This document shows positions 1 to 12,573 of a stretch of DNA of 64,000 bases, in pieces (within the stretch, counting starts at the first letter, position 1; each line of letters begins with the position of its first letter). Position numbers and translations under genes: made by a program. The DNA lies in contig MCFE01000075.1 of NCBI GenBank assembly GCA_002104905.1, positions 62,001-126,000 on the forward strand, read 5' to 3'. This DNA comes from Basidiobolus meristosporus CBS 931.73 (Eukaryota > Fungi > Basidiobolomycota). Under the pieces are notes generated by a model. It searched no databases, was not told where the DNA came from, and was given only the letters and a program-made list of their open reading frames with translations.

Positions 1-2902
1 CTGGCCACTTGATATTTCTATAACAGCATTTGGCTATGCTTATCACCTTGCACAAACTGAGTCAGGAGAGTTTGTGACACCTTTAGGCTCACCCCGGCCT
101 TCCAAATATGGCATGCAGAGTGATAGCTCTGAGGAAGCAGGCTCACTGGTGAATTGTGAGCCTATCTTCCCTTACAACTGTACCCTGCACAAGCCTGACA
201 GAATCCCATTATGTAATGAGACAACACCTGTGGAAAAAAATTCCAAGGATACTCTATGGAGTCAAGTGAGCCCAGTAATTCATCTAAAGGTGTGTGATGT
301 GATATTGTGGCCAAAGAAGTGGCACATTTCTACTAATATCAGTAATGGGGGCTTTGAGAAATTACCACTACTTCTTGCAAAAATCATTGCAGGATGCACT
401 TACCATGTACATGGTTCAAGTAGACAACCATCATGCAGCTGGCAAAATGCAACCCAGAGACTGTCCTGATAACAGCATTTGTTAACAGTTGCATGGTGTT
501 CACATCAGAGAATGCCTCCATTGCAAGGTGTCTAACTTGTCATGAATCCTCCACCACTGGGGGAAACCATTGTTCACACTGCAGATATATGCCAGTAATA
601 CCTCATATAAAGAAGCTCATGCAGTTCAACAAATATTTTGTAGCTAGGATACCACACACAGTATCAATCAAGCACAAACACATCAGAATTATTTGATGGC
701 AATCATCACAAACAACTAAGAAGCAAGGACTACTTTGAAGGTATGTATAACCATGCCCTTGCCTTGGCACTTGATGAATTCTCATTAAACATGTACTCAA
801 CTAGCAAATACTGCTGGCCACTGACTCTCATCAACCTGAATCTGCTGCCTATCTTATGGTACCAGTGCCAAAATCTGATGGCAGTCTCACTGGTATATGG
901 GACTAAATTACCATCCAATCTGTATAGCTACCTGTATCCATTGCTGCATGAATGTTGTATGATGTCCAGCTGGACAACATTAAGTGGCTGTTGTGTAAAA
1001 GTGCATATTATTTTCTGCATTGGAAATACCCTAGCCATCAGTAAGAAAGCCAGCTTCTCTGGGCACCATAACTCAAACACATTATTATTACCCAAACACC
1101 AACACTAGGGAGATCATTTTTCCACAGAGAGAATATACATAAGTCAGCACACAGTTGCAGCAAGGTTTGCAAGCTATAAGCCAATGGCCAGAGTATGGAA
1201 TTAACTGGGAACCAGAGATACTTAAGATAGAGGGTATCTGTTGGAGCAAAAGCTTTCCACTGGAAGCAATGCACTTGCTTTGTGACATTATCCCTATACT
1301 GATGGTCAAGTTGTACATGGGGCATTTCAAGCTAAATGAGCCCATTGAGATACCAGAGAAATTTGAAAGAATTGGCAAGATATTACAGAGTATCTGCTAC
1401 CCTAAGTACTTCTCATGGGCTCCAATTAATATTCATACGCATATGCAACAATACAAATGCAAGGACTGGATGAGCTGGATCTGTATTAATTCAAGTGGCC
1501 TTCTGAAGCCATTTCTAACACAAGTACATTAGAAGCATTGGGAGTCATATGTGGACATTGCAGGATTTTTATCCAGGGGCAGATTGCCAGTGCCAACTTG
1601 ACACATCTATAGCTTTTGTGCAAAGAGCTTGGGACAGGATTTGAGCAGTTATACTCCAAACATAAAGCTGAACATGTAGATCTCTGCCACTACTGTATCC
1701 ATTTACTACTCCATTGTGCATGGTGTGTTGAGAATATTAGACCTTGCTTAACCTTTTGGGAGTTTCCTATGGAGCGGATATGTGGGGAGATAGGAAGACA
1801 AGTCAAGGTGCAGGTACTACCATATCCAAACCTCATCAAGAATATTACCATCTAGTATGTCATGGATGTGATGAGTTGGCACATGGAGAAAAGCCAGGAA
1901 GACTTGGAGAATACTTAGGACAGATGGCACATGGAGACACCTATGTCTATAGCATTACAAAGCCAAGCAGCCCCAATGCATGGATAATCAGTTAAGTAAT
2001 ACAATTTGGGTTGGGTACAACAAGCAACTAATTTTTATTAGGAGAACTCTACCAAGGTATACCAGATTCCTCTTGATCACATGCTACCTTCTACACCATT
2101 AAATTTAGAATTCACACATACAAGAACCAGAACACACCTATAGGGAAGACCAGAATCCAGCTAGGAGAAGGAATATGTTGGCTAAATAGCAAAAAGTTCT
2201 TAGTGGATATTCAGGTGGTATTCATTGCAGAAGTGGCAGCAACAAAGCATATGTTTCCAAGATGTATATGTTACCAGCAATACAAGGTGTATGGCAACTT
2301 TGCAGTATCTTACTAAAAGCCGTAAAGTTGAGGTGATATAAGTATGTCAATTGCAGCTGGTGTGCCCATTTGTAGAGGTTAGTAAGCGGGAGGCCATAGT
2401 ATCTTTTGATTCAAACTGTATGTTGAATACCCAAATTAATAACTGGTAAGCAAAGAAAGAGGGTGAGTCTACAGTGGAGTATATGAATTGCACTAGGGGA
2501 GTTGAAAAAGGGAATACCATTTGGTATATTGGTATGGTAGCATTATACAGAACTAGCTGTAGGCTGCCATACTTTCATGATAATGCCATCAGAGGCTTGC
2601 AAAGAGGCCATCAAAACACTGTTAAGTATTTTGCCATATAAGGCAATCAGATGTACTGGCTGGTAAGGTTCACTCAAATAGTTGTAAAGCACACTAAGAC
2701 TGTAATAATGCCATGCCACCTTGGGCAAAACACTGTACAAACACCATTATATCTTATCAATTTTACTTGGCTGTAAAATTAGTAATTTGCCATTGTGATC
2801 CCATCACAAGATTGTGTAGATGGTCCTTAACTCCAAGCTGCTGGTATTATAGCAGTTGCTTGACAGGATCTTAATGGCTGATCCAGATTATATTTCATAG
2901 GG
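1..2902 (+). mobile_element. CMC (CACTA/EnSpm-like) DNA transposon, right part with decayed transposase; runs off the window start
   Basis: Fragmented frames give Tnp2-like (ALALDEF...VSLVYGTKLPSNLYSYL) and DUF4218-like (HLLLHCAWCVENIRPCLTFWEFPMERICGEIG) motifs. It ends in the family TIR TTTCATAGGG at 2902 and is colinear with copy 12244-18037. Confidence 0.85.
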
Positions 2903-4668
2903 CTTAGATAGGCTTGGTTTAATCTCTTCCCATGCACAAGGTTATTAGTACTATAATAAGATCATCCACATATAGCGCTAGTAGAGCTGGACTTGCTCTA
3001 TCTGGCTTATAGTATATACCACAGTCAGCATACTCCTTTTGAAACTTAAAGATTCCAAATACAAATCTATTTTGTAATTCCAGGCTCTTAGTGATTTTTT
3101 GAGTCCATATAGACACTTTAGAAGCTTGCAGATCAAATGGGGGTTATCTTGGTCAGCAAACCCATCAGGCTAGTCCATATATATCTCCTCAGCATGTTCT
3201 CCGTACAAAAATGCAGGTTTTACATCCATCTGATGAATAAAAAGCTTATATTAGACTACAATAGCCAATACTAATCTGATGGGATTAAACTTGGCCACCA
3301 GTCCAAAGGTCTCAGTATAGTCAGGTCCTTTTGTTTGAGAGTATCTCTTGACCACAAATCTTGCTCTATATCCTCACTTTTACTATCAGCCTTGTATTTT
3401 GTCTTAAAGATCCATCTGCATCCAATTAATTATTAGTTGATTTGGTAATTTGACCAAGTCCTAAGCTAGATTTTTCATTAGAGCCTAATATTCCTCAGTC
3501 ATTGAAGATCTCCTAAAATTTGTCAGAGGGCTAATTAGGGCCTCTTTTACTGACTGGGGCTCATCAATATGTACTGAATAGGCCTAGGCTAAGTTTGTAC
3601 CCTCATTGAAATAGTGATTTGGACTACTTCTTGTGTGGCTGGATCTCCAGGTGATTGGTACTGAAATGAGCACTTCAGGGATATTTCTGGGCACTGATTC
3701 AGGCTGAACCATGGTTGCTAAGTCCTCTGGAGTGAAAAATTTTCATTGTGTTTCTCTGACTCAATTCTGACAATAGGTGGACATGAGATTTGATATTTGT
3801 CATCATCTGATGTCATATTTTGTAAGAATCTTAGTTTTCATCAAACAGCACATCCCTAGTCTTGATCAGCTTCTCTGCTTTGGTACTGTAGAGTCTGTAT
3901 GCTTTACTCTCATTGTAGTATCCCAAAAATATGCATATCACACTTTTTGGTTCAAATTTTGACTGATTTCCAGGCAGTTTCTTGGCATATGCTGTGCACG
4001 CAAGTATTCTTGAATGTTCTGGACTTGGTATGTATCCATATTATGCTTCAAATGGAGTAGAATCACAAAGTATTTTGTTATAAATCCTATTTTTAAGGTA
4101 CACAGTTGTGGCCACTGATTTTGTTCAAAAATCATAGGATAATTTTGATGATGGATCATGAATCTTGCCTTATCAATTATTAATCTGTTTGCACATACTG
4201 CTACTTAATTTTGCTATGGGGAGTGTAGTACAGTAGTCTCTTGCTTTATCCCACAAATCTTGCAGAAATGGATGAAGAGTTCTGAGTTATATTCTCCACC
4301 ATTGTCAGGGCATATTTTCTTGTTTTTCACCAATTTTTCTCTCCACCATGGCCTTAAGCTCCCTGGGCTTGGACAGAGGCTCTTTCTTTCTCTCCATGAT
4401 GTAGATCCATGTGTATCATGTGTAATTGTCAGTAAAGTGATTAAATACTTCATCCCACCCAAGGATAAATTTTGCATAGGTCCACATAAATCTGAGTGAA
4501 TTCAATCCAATTCTTTCTTAGTTTTGATTGACCCAGAGCTCTAGAACAGTTTTGTGACTTGTTTTTCATATATGCTGGCTTCACAGTGCAACAAATTAGC
4601 TGGGAGAGCAATCTCTACTCTGGAAATTAGCTGATCTCTGATTATTTTGAGCAGATAATCAAAATTAA
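2903..4668 (-). mobile_element. Ty1/copia pol fragment (GAG-pre-integrase, integrase, partial RT), decayed
   Basis: Minus-strand motifs GGMKYLIT, DNGGEYNSELFIHFCKICGIKQETTVLHSP (integrase) and ALLALYVDDLII (RT YVDD). Many stops; boundaries approximate. Confidence 0.8.
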
Positions 4669-5029
4669 ATCTATGAAGAGTAATTTGGTCCTGCAGGTGG
4701 ATCCAATCCAGAACAGCCATCAGGATCCCATTTAGAGACCATCATAATACCAGGAGCTTGGAATTAGTGACCCTCTTGGCAATCTTATAAAGGGATCATG
4801 ACAGTGCACTGCCAACTTTAATGCCAAATAAAGGGATAAAACTTGACAAGATTCAATTTGTGGTGAGACAAATATTACATGGTATTGTGGCGGTCTTTTA
4901 GCGCTCTACAACTATTTTAAGTGAATCCAACCAGCTGGGACATCCAATTGCCCAATAAGGCAAGACACTTGATGGTATTTGAAGGCCTCACAGCAAGACT
5001 CTAGTGGCATTACATTGGCAGTATGATGG

Positions 5030-6092
5030 TGTGGTGGTGTATAGGTCCAAGGGTGAGATACATCCAACACTTCTCAAGTGTTTTGTGTGTGGGGTGTTCA
5101 CTGGTTGCAATAACCTCTGGCAAAAGCTTGCTAGGAATACTTGGGTTCCGTCTCTAATCTAATGTGATGGGGAATAAAGCCACAAGCTTGTCAAGGGAAA
5201 ACTATTGAGCTACAATCCCCAATTTAGTTGGCATCTTAACAAAAGTATGTGCTGGGTTCAGCATCCTTTGAGATGACAATGAACTAAAGCTTCCAAAGTC
5301 AAAACTACTGTAAACTCCACCAGCTGGTACTTGATAAGAATGCAGCTGTGGTCAATAGTTACAAAGACAGAAAAGTACCTTTGCCTGTACAAGAACAAAC
5401 TTGGGAAAGAATCAAATATAATAAAAGATACCTACTCTGAGTATTCCTCACAAGTAGTGCCTCCAAGGTCAGTTGGCTGTCAGCATGATTTCCTGGGAGT
5501 GTCCTGTGGTCTGGGTTGGAAGTTCAGGTAGCAGCAGTTAACAGTGATCACACTAATCAGCAAGTTGGTATATTGATAAAAGGGATGATGATTTATTGTT
5601 GAGGGATAGCCTCCCTTATATACTTTTCTTACTGTTCAAGTGATTACTAATTGTGGTGTTCCAAAAGGTTCTGGATATCAATAGAAATCTTAATGACATC
5701 AGAATGACTTATGAATGTAGGTGCCAGAAGGTTCTAAGAGGCACAGCACATCTAACCAATCAGAAATCAGTACATTGAAACCTGTGTAACATAGGGATAC
5801 CATATATGATATGGAAATGGTAGGGATGGTAACATGGGTCAATCATGTGTCACGGGTATTGGCACTGGTAATTGCCTAATATAGAAGCACTTACAGCTAG
5901 TAATCTTACATAAAGTGAGGGATAACTTATGTAATAAGGTACGCAGGTGTGATAGTCAACCAGCTTATGGAATAGTACTGATCATTTAAGACAAATGGGA
6001 TAAAACTAAAATAAGTGTAGTAGAGATATAGGGAAGTAGAAAATATGGGAATGAGCACATCTGTCAGTGGGTGTCACTGTCACCCCACTACA
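5030..6092 (-). mobile_element. Solo LTR, family 1 (~1.06 kb)
   Basis: TGTGGTGG...CCCCACTACA ends; related copies at 23031, 25602, 51008 and 62752. TATA (GTATATAAGGG) and AATAAA lie on the - strand. 4-bp flanks are ATGG/ACAG and the host CMC sequence resumes across the insertion. Confidence 0.8.
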
Positions 6093-8493
6093 ACAGCCTA
6101 CAGTTGGTTCTGTATAATGCTACTGTACCAATTTACCTAACGGTATTTCCTTTTTCTACCTCCCCTTGTGCAACTCATATATTCCACTGTAGAATCACCC
6201 CTCTCTATTTGCTTACCACTACTACCTTGGGTTTTCCACATATAGTTTGAATCAAAAGAAACTATGACCTCCTGCTTACTAACCTCTACAAACACATACA
6301 CCTGCCACAATTGACATACTTCTACCACCTCAACTGTACGGCTTTTTAGTAAGATGCTTGCAAAGTTGCCATATACCTTGCATTGCTAGTAACATAAACA
6401 TCTTGCAAACAGATGCTTGGTTGTTGCCACTTCTGCCATGAAAACCTCCTGAATATCCACAAAGAACATCTTGGTATTTAGCCAATATATTCCTACTCTC
6501 TGCTGGATTCTAGTCCCCCTTATAGGTGCGTGCTGGCTCTTGTTTGTGTGAATTTTGTACTAAATGGTGTAGAAGTTGGCCTGTGACCATGCAAAATCTG
6601 GCATACCTTGGTAGAGTTTTCCTGATAAAAATTAGTTGCTTGTTGCACCCAACCCAACTTTGCATTACTTAGCTGATTACCCACTCATTGGGGCTGCTTA
6701 GCTTCTTAATGCCATAGGCATAGGTGTTTTCCAACTCTTCCTAGCTGTCCTCCATGTGCCTACTCATCACATCCATGTCAGACTTGAAGGTAATATTCTT
6801 GATGAGAATGGGATATGGTAGTACCTGCACCTTTACTTGTCTTCCTATCTCCCCACACATCTGCTCCATAGGGACCTCCCAAAAGGTGAAGGAAGGTCCA
6901 ATATTTGCAATGCACCATGCAAGATGGAGTAGCAAGTGCATAAGGTAGTGACAGAGATCTACATGTTCAGCTTTATGTTTGTAATATAGCCACTCAAATC
7001 CTGTTACAAACTCCTCACACAACAGCTGTAGATGTGTCAAGTGGCATTGGTGATCTGCTTCTGGATAAAATTCCTATGATGTCCACATGTGACTCCCAAT
7101 GCCTCCAATGTACTCTTGGTAGGAATGGCTTCAGAACACCACTTCAATAAATACATATCCAGTTCATCCAGTCTTTGTGTTTGTATTGTTGCATATGGGT
7201 ATGAATATTAATTGGAGCACATGAGAAGTACATAGGGTAGCAGATACTCTGTAATATCTTGCCAATTCTTTCAAATCTCTCTGGTATCTCAAAGGGCTCA
7301 TTTTGCTTGAAATGCTCCTTGTACAACTTGGTTATCAGTATAGGGATATTGTTGAAAGCAAATGCATTGCTGCCAGTGGAACATTTTGCTCCAACAAATA
7401 CTCTCTATCTTGAGTATCTCCAGTTTTCAACTGATTCCATATTCTGGCCAATGGCTTATAGCTTGCCAGCTTTGCCGCAATTGCATGCTTACTTCTGTAC
7501 ATTCTCTCTGTGGGAAGATGATGTTCTTAGTGCTGGTGCCTGAGCATTGACAATGTGCTTGAGTAATGGATTTGATCCCTTGGATCTCACACATTTGACA
7601 GCAATAGGGTCCATTGTACCCAGAAAAACCTGCTATCCTGCTGATGGCTGGGGTATCTCCAATGCAGATAATAATATGTGCTGCATGAGCTTCCTGAGAC
7701 AGGGTATGACTGGAGTCTATTTGGAGTGTGAACAATGTTCTCCCTGAATGGTAGTGCATTCCTGACAGTTTGGACACATTGCAATGGTAGCATTTTTGGA
7801 TGTGAATGCCATGCAACTGTTGACACATGCTGGAATCAGGACAGTCTTTGGATCATATGTTGCCAGCTGCATGATGGTTGTCTACTTGTACCATGTACAT
7901 GGTAAGTTGTATCCCAAAATGATTTTGGCAAGAAGTAGTAATAAATCCTCAGAGCCCCCATTACTGATATTAGTGGCAACACACCACATCTCTATCCACA
8001 ACATTACATCATTCACCAGTAGATGGATTACTGGGCTCACTTGGCTCCATAAAGTATCCTTGGCATTTGTTTCAATGGGTGTTGTCTCATTGCATATAGG
8101 GACTTCACCGGGCTCATATGTGGTACTGTTGTTTGGGGGGATAGGCTCAAAATCCATCAGTGAACCTTCTTTGTCAGTGCTATCACTCTGCATGCCATAT
8201 TCAGAGGGCTGAGGTGAGCCTCAAGGCATCACAAACTCACCTGACTCAGTTTGCGCAAGGTGACAAAGACAGCCAGGTGCCAATATAGAGGTATCAACTG
8301 GCTGGCAAGATAATGTTGGTACAGTAGTGACCAATGAATGGTCAAGTATGACTTGGGTGGCAAAATACTGGCCATGATCCTTGTAATACTTCCTGTGCTG
8401 TCTGCGTGCTTCATGGCTGAGAGGCTTGCCACAATAACCACATGGTCCTTTTTCTCTTCTCTTACAGTGTTGAGTCAAAGTAGTCTTGTCCAT
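6093..8493 (-). pseudogene. Tnp2/DUF4218-like transposase pseudogene of CMC copy B
   Basis: N-terminal CGYCGKPLSHEARRQH putative zinc motif, CIGDTPAISRIAGFSGYNGPYCCQMCEIQG, and HLLLHLAWCIANIGPSFTFWEVPMEQMCGEIG. Multiple stops and frameshifts. Confidence 0.8.
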
Positions 8494-8695
8494 GGAGAAA
8501 ACATTTGACCTTCAGCAACATAATGCTATCATATCACTTTTTGGTCAATACTCATGTGAGCTTAAGACAGTCTTGTATTTGAGACATTTCACCTACATGA
8601 ATGTAAGATTAAATGATGACCTGCCATAGTAAGGGTTATAAATAAAGCTGTGGCACCACATACACATGTATATGTAACACTGTTTCCCCTTTGGT

Positions 8696-9676
8696 TTGAT
8701 GCACTTCCATATATATGCCACCAAAAATAAAGCAAAGTTGTCTGGTTCTCAACCAAGCCCCACTGCTGATGACAACAGAAGAACAATTGGACAACAGTTT
8801 GCTTTGACATTCAGTGCAACAAGCAGGGCTACATCCAAAAAAGGCCCTGTGGACAGTGTGCCCATTGAAGGTAATAATGTGGACTCCTCAGGCTCTCAGT
8901 CAAGTAGGCAATGGAGAGCCTCTGCGGAGCCACAAGCTGACCGTTATTCTCAGGCAGATGAGAATGTAGCAAACACAGTACCCTCAGTTGAAGATCAGCA
9001 AGTGGCCATGATAACATTGCCACCACCCATATTAGCAAGTATGTTGTCAGCTCATACCAAAGCATTCATGAAGCAATTAGGTGCAGTGACTGACAGGATA
9101 GATGCAATGGCCCAGAGGAATCAGGAAATAGTGCAGAAACAGGATGAGCAGATAATACATGTAGAGCAATCAATATCCCAGGTAGATAAAGCAGTATCTT
9201 TGCTGCAAAGAAGAAACTCAAGTAGCTCAATGTCACAGCCAAGAATTGAGCCATTTCCCAATGTAACAGCAGAGGAACACCATACAGTCTTTGAAGCACA
9301 ACAACAGTGCCCAAAGATAAAGCCCACAGAAAGACCTATCACAGCGTGGGAGGGAGACAATGTGGTGTTTATATCAAAGCCTCAAAATCAAAAGACATGG
9401 AAGATTTGTGAAGCCATTGAGTGCAATAATGAAGAGCAGGCTAATATGCAAGAGGCCATCAGAAGAGTAGCACGCCATCACCTTAAGGCCAGCATACCAT
9501 GGGACCATCAGGAACTCAAGGCCAAGCAGAATGAACTTGACTTGTTTGATGAGCTTTATTCTGGATTCAAATGGGCAAACAGATTTTGGGCCAGCATTGG
9601 AATGCTAAGAAAGTATCTCAAGAATAACAGAAACTATCAAAGGCAGAAGAATAAGGGCACCTTGGCTAAAAACTAG
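8696..9676 (+). CDS. CMC accessory ORF2 (unknown function), N-terminal 326 aa open; decayed continuation to ~10535
   Basis: Highly similar to 13083-14669 and to fragments at 24519-24773, 36400-37330, 56642-57100 and 57437-59517. Start codon uncertain. Confidence 0.65.
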   Translation: MMHFHIYATKNKAKLSGSQPSPTADDNRRTIGQQFALTFSATSRATSKKGPVDSVPIEGNNVDSSGSQSSRQWRASAEPQADRYSQADENVANTVPSVEDQQVAMITLPPPILASMLSAHTKAFMKQLGAVTDRIDAMAQRNQEIVQKQDEQIIHVEQSISQVDKAVSLLQRRNSSSSMSQPRIEPFPNVTAEEHHTVFEAQQQCPKIKPTERPITAWEGDNVVFISKPQNQKTWKICEAIECNNEEQANMQEAIRRVARHHLKASIPWDHQELKAKQNELDLFDELYSGFKWANRFWASIGMLRKYLKNNRNYQRQKNKGTLAKN

Positions 9677-12573
9677 AAGCCTCCTCAAGAGCCTGTTACA
9701 AGCAGAGCCAAAAGCTCCAGACAAGTGTCAGAGAGACATCAGGCAGCTGGAAGAGTGCCAATTAGGGACAAGCAGGCAGACATGGATGCACCAGCACAAC
9801 ATTTATCAATGAAAAAGTGCAATACCACTCAAGAAGCACCCTGTTAAAGTAGCAGCAAAGGACCCAGCAGTAATAAAGGAAAAGGTAAAGGGAAAAATGT
9901 CTACCCAAGCCTGAGACAGGGAGGCATGCAAAAAGACTGCAGTTCTTGCCAATTAACACCACAAGCCAGGAACAGAATGAATCCCATCATAGCCATGAGG
10001 AATTACCAACAAGAAAACAGCTGTTTTTATAAGAGTTGGAAGCGCAACCAGTTGAGCTACACTCCAGCTAGGTAGTTGAGTTTACTGAAAAAGGCAATTC
10101 AGCTACCACAGCCTCCACAGCCTCCATTGTTGACAGAGTAGAGATTCCACTGACAGACAAGGCTACAACATCAAGAGCCTGAAAGACTATCACAATGCCT
10201 TCAGTGAAGTTTTGGAACATTAATAGGCACACCAAGAGGTTGCAGCACTTCTTCAACAGCAGTGCTCAAGAAAATGCACTGTAATATTGCAAAGACTGGC
10301 AGATGAGGAGCTAGACTTGGCAGTGCAAGCTGAGGACCAGTGGCAAAAAGCTGTTGGGTTCCCACCAAAGTTGTGGAACCAGAGCATTTCAGCAGAAATG
10401 CTTATTGAGTGGTGGATTTTAATAGAGTTACTTGTTGAGTGTAGGATTGGGCTTAATGTTAGTGTAGTGTGTTGAGACTTGTATAGGTCAATACAATTGG
10501 CAATTGAGGTACAACTGAAGTTTCAACAGAAATAAGTCAATTTGTACGCATGAAAAGTAAGAGAGAGGGGGAGTCAGGAAGTAAGGAGAGTGAAAAAGAG
10601 GCAATAGCCAATCAATTTACACAGATGTAGGAGGCAATAGAGTGTCCAGGATCAAAAAGTCAGCAAATTGGCAGGGAACCAATCAAAAGCCACTTATACA
10701 TTGTTGTGATGAAAAATTCTGACTAAGTTTCTGGTGAAATCTGGGGTGCAACTACTTTTCAATGGTCTCTGGACAGTGTCCTGACAAGATCAGTACCTCT
10801 TAGTCACGGGACTTTCACTTTGTGATGGCCTTTTGACAGGATCATCTCAATATTTTTTCATAGAGATGATAGTTGCTTTGGTCTTGTTGAGTGGGACTTG
10901 TCAAAGGGCACTTTGTTCTTCAGCTGTGTATAAGTTGTCCAGCAGCTCTGTTGATATTTAGGTCATGGTGATTAAGTTGCTGTATACAAGTGGCTAGGAG
11001 GTCTTCAGTGTAGATATTAGATTTCCAACTCAATGAGTTCCAAGTGACTGTGTCCAACTCAGCTTGTAGTATGCAGTCATGTCCATAGAGTAGCTTAAAT
11101 GGCAATAATCTAGTTGTTCTCTTGGTAGTAACTCTATCTGCCCAGAGTGCAAGATATAAATGCTATGGCCAAAGTGTTGTATTATTCTCACAGATCTTTA
11201 CAAGAGAGTTCACCAGCTCCTGAATCATTTGGGATGTCATCTCTCCTCTGTCAGCAACAAGCTATTGGATGCAGCCAAGTCTACAGAAAATGTCTTCAAG
11301 TATAGATCTCCATATGGGATGGCTCTTGATGTTGGGCAAGGCTCAAGCGTCTGCCCAACCACTAAGGTCATCTCCAGCAACAATCAGGCACATTTTTAAT
11401 CCAGCTGTTGGCATGTGGACATGGTCAATACCAACCTTTTGCCATAGACAAACTATGTAGGTAGGATGCAGTGGTTCTGCATAATGCTTAGAGGATCTCT
11501 TCTGGCAGGCTATACATGACTCAACAAAGTGTTGGATATCATAGTACATTTTTTCCCAGTAGTACCTCTGAGCTGTGGTGTTGTAGGTGGCTTCTTGTCC
11601 TCTAGGATTTCCTGGTTCTTCTTGGTGGATACTTGTCATGATGTTCAGTTGCTCTAGTGGGGTAGTGTCTACTCTTCTTGGCATAAGTCCAGGATTCACT
11701 TGTTTAAAGAGAAGATCATCTTTGAGATAGTAGTGGTGTGCCTTCTTTCTGAGCTTTCTAAACTCATGAATATCCATCCAACTAGGTTTCTTGAGTGTCC
11801 TTAAATATTCTTTGATCAGGCTGCTGGTAGTTCTCTCTTGGTCTTTGATAGCAATATGTTGGATCTCTGCATCAATCATATTATCAAAGTGAAGGTCTAA
11901 GTCTTCAAATAAGTGTGGTCCCTTCCTACAGAGTGCATAAGTCACAACATTTGTCTTGCCAGGGATATGTTTGAACTCAAAGTCAAGCATTTTCTGCCAT
12001 GCCATCTATTGGTTGGTGGCATCATCAGGTCAGTTAGAATTGTGATCATTTGTATAAGTGGCTTGGCATCTGTCTCCAGGATAAAATGTGTCATGTAGAG
12101 TTGTGACTTCAGCTTCTTTAGCATTGTCACAACACCTAGTAGCTCTCTCTTAATCTGTGAGTACCTTTGTTCTCTACAAGAGAGTAGGCAGCTCTCATAT
12201 CTGCAGACAAAGCAGTTGTCATCTTGATCATCTTGGCAAAGTACCCTATGAAAAATTATTGAGATGATCCAGTCAAAAGGCCATCACAAAATTAATGTCC
12301 CGTGACTGAGAGGTACTGATCTTGTCAGGACACCATCCAGAGACCGTTGAAAAATAATTGCACCCCAGATTTCACAAAAAACTTTGTCAAAATTTTTCAT
12401 CACAACAATGTATAAGTGGCTTTTAATTGGTTCCCTGCCAATTTGCTCACTTTCTGATCCCGGACACTCTATTGCCTCCTACGTTTGTGCAAATTGATTG
12501 GCTATTGCCTCTTTTTCACACTCCTTACTTCCTGACTCCCCCTTTCTCTTACTTTTCATGCATACAAATTGAC

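Larger units (their letters stand above)
4669..10865 (-). mobile_element. CMC transposon copy B, near full length, inverted, interrupted by a solo LTR
   Basis: Degenerate TIRs at both ends (ATCTATGAAGAGTAATTTGGTCC at 4669; TTTTTTCATAGAG ending 10865). Transposase is on - (8493 downward) and ORF2 on + (from 8696). No TSD recognisable. Confidence 0.8.

Noticed and set aside
4660-4672. TSD for CMC copy B
   Set aside because: The termini are degenerate and the two flanks belong to different elements (copia on the left, gypsy on the right), so no duplication can be supported.
5030-6092. Family-1 unit as a hammerhead retrozyme or TRIM
   Set aside because: I found no CTGATGA...GAAA core and no terminal direct repeats. 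TG...CA ends with internal TATA and AATAAA fit a solo LTR.
8696-9676. ORF2 as a host gene
   Set aside because: It recurs at a fixed position within TIR-bounded CMC copies throughout the window.
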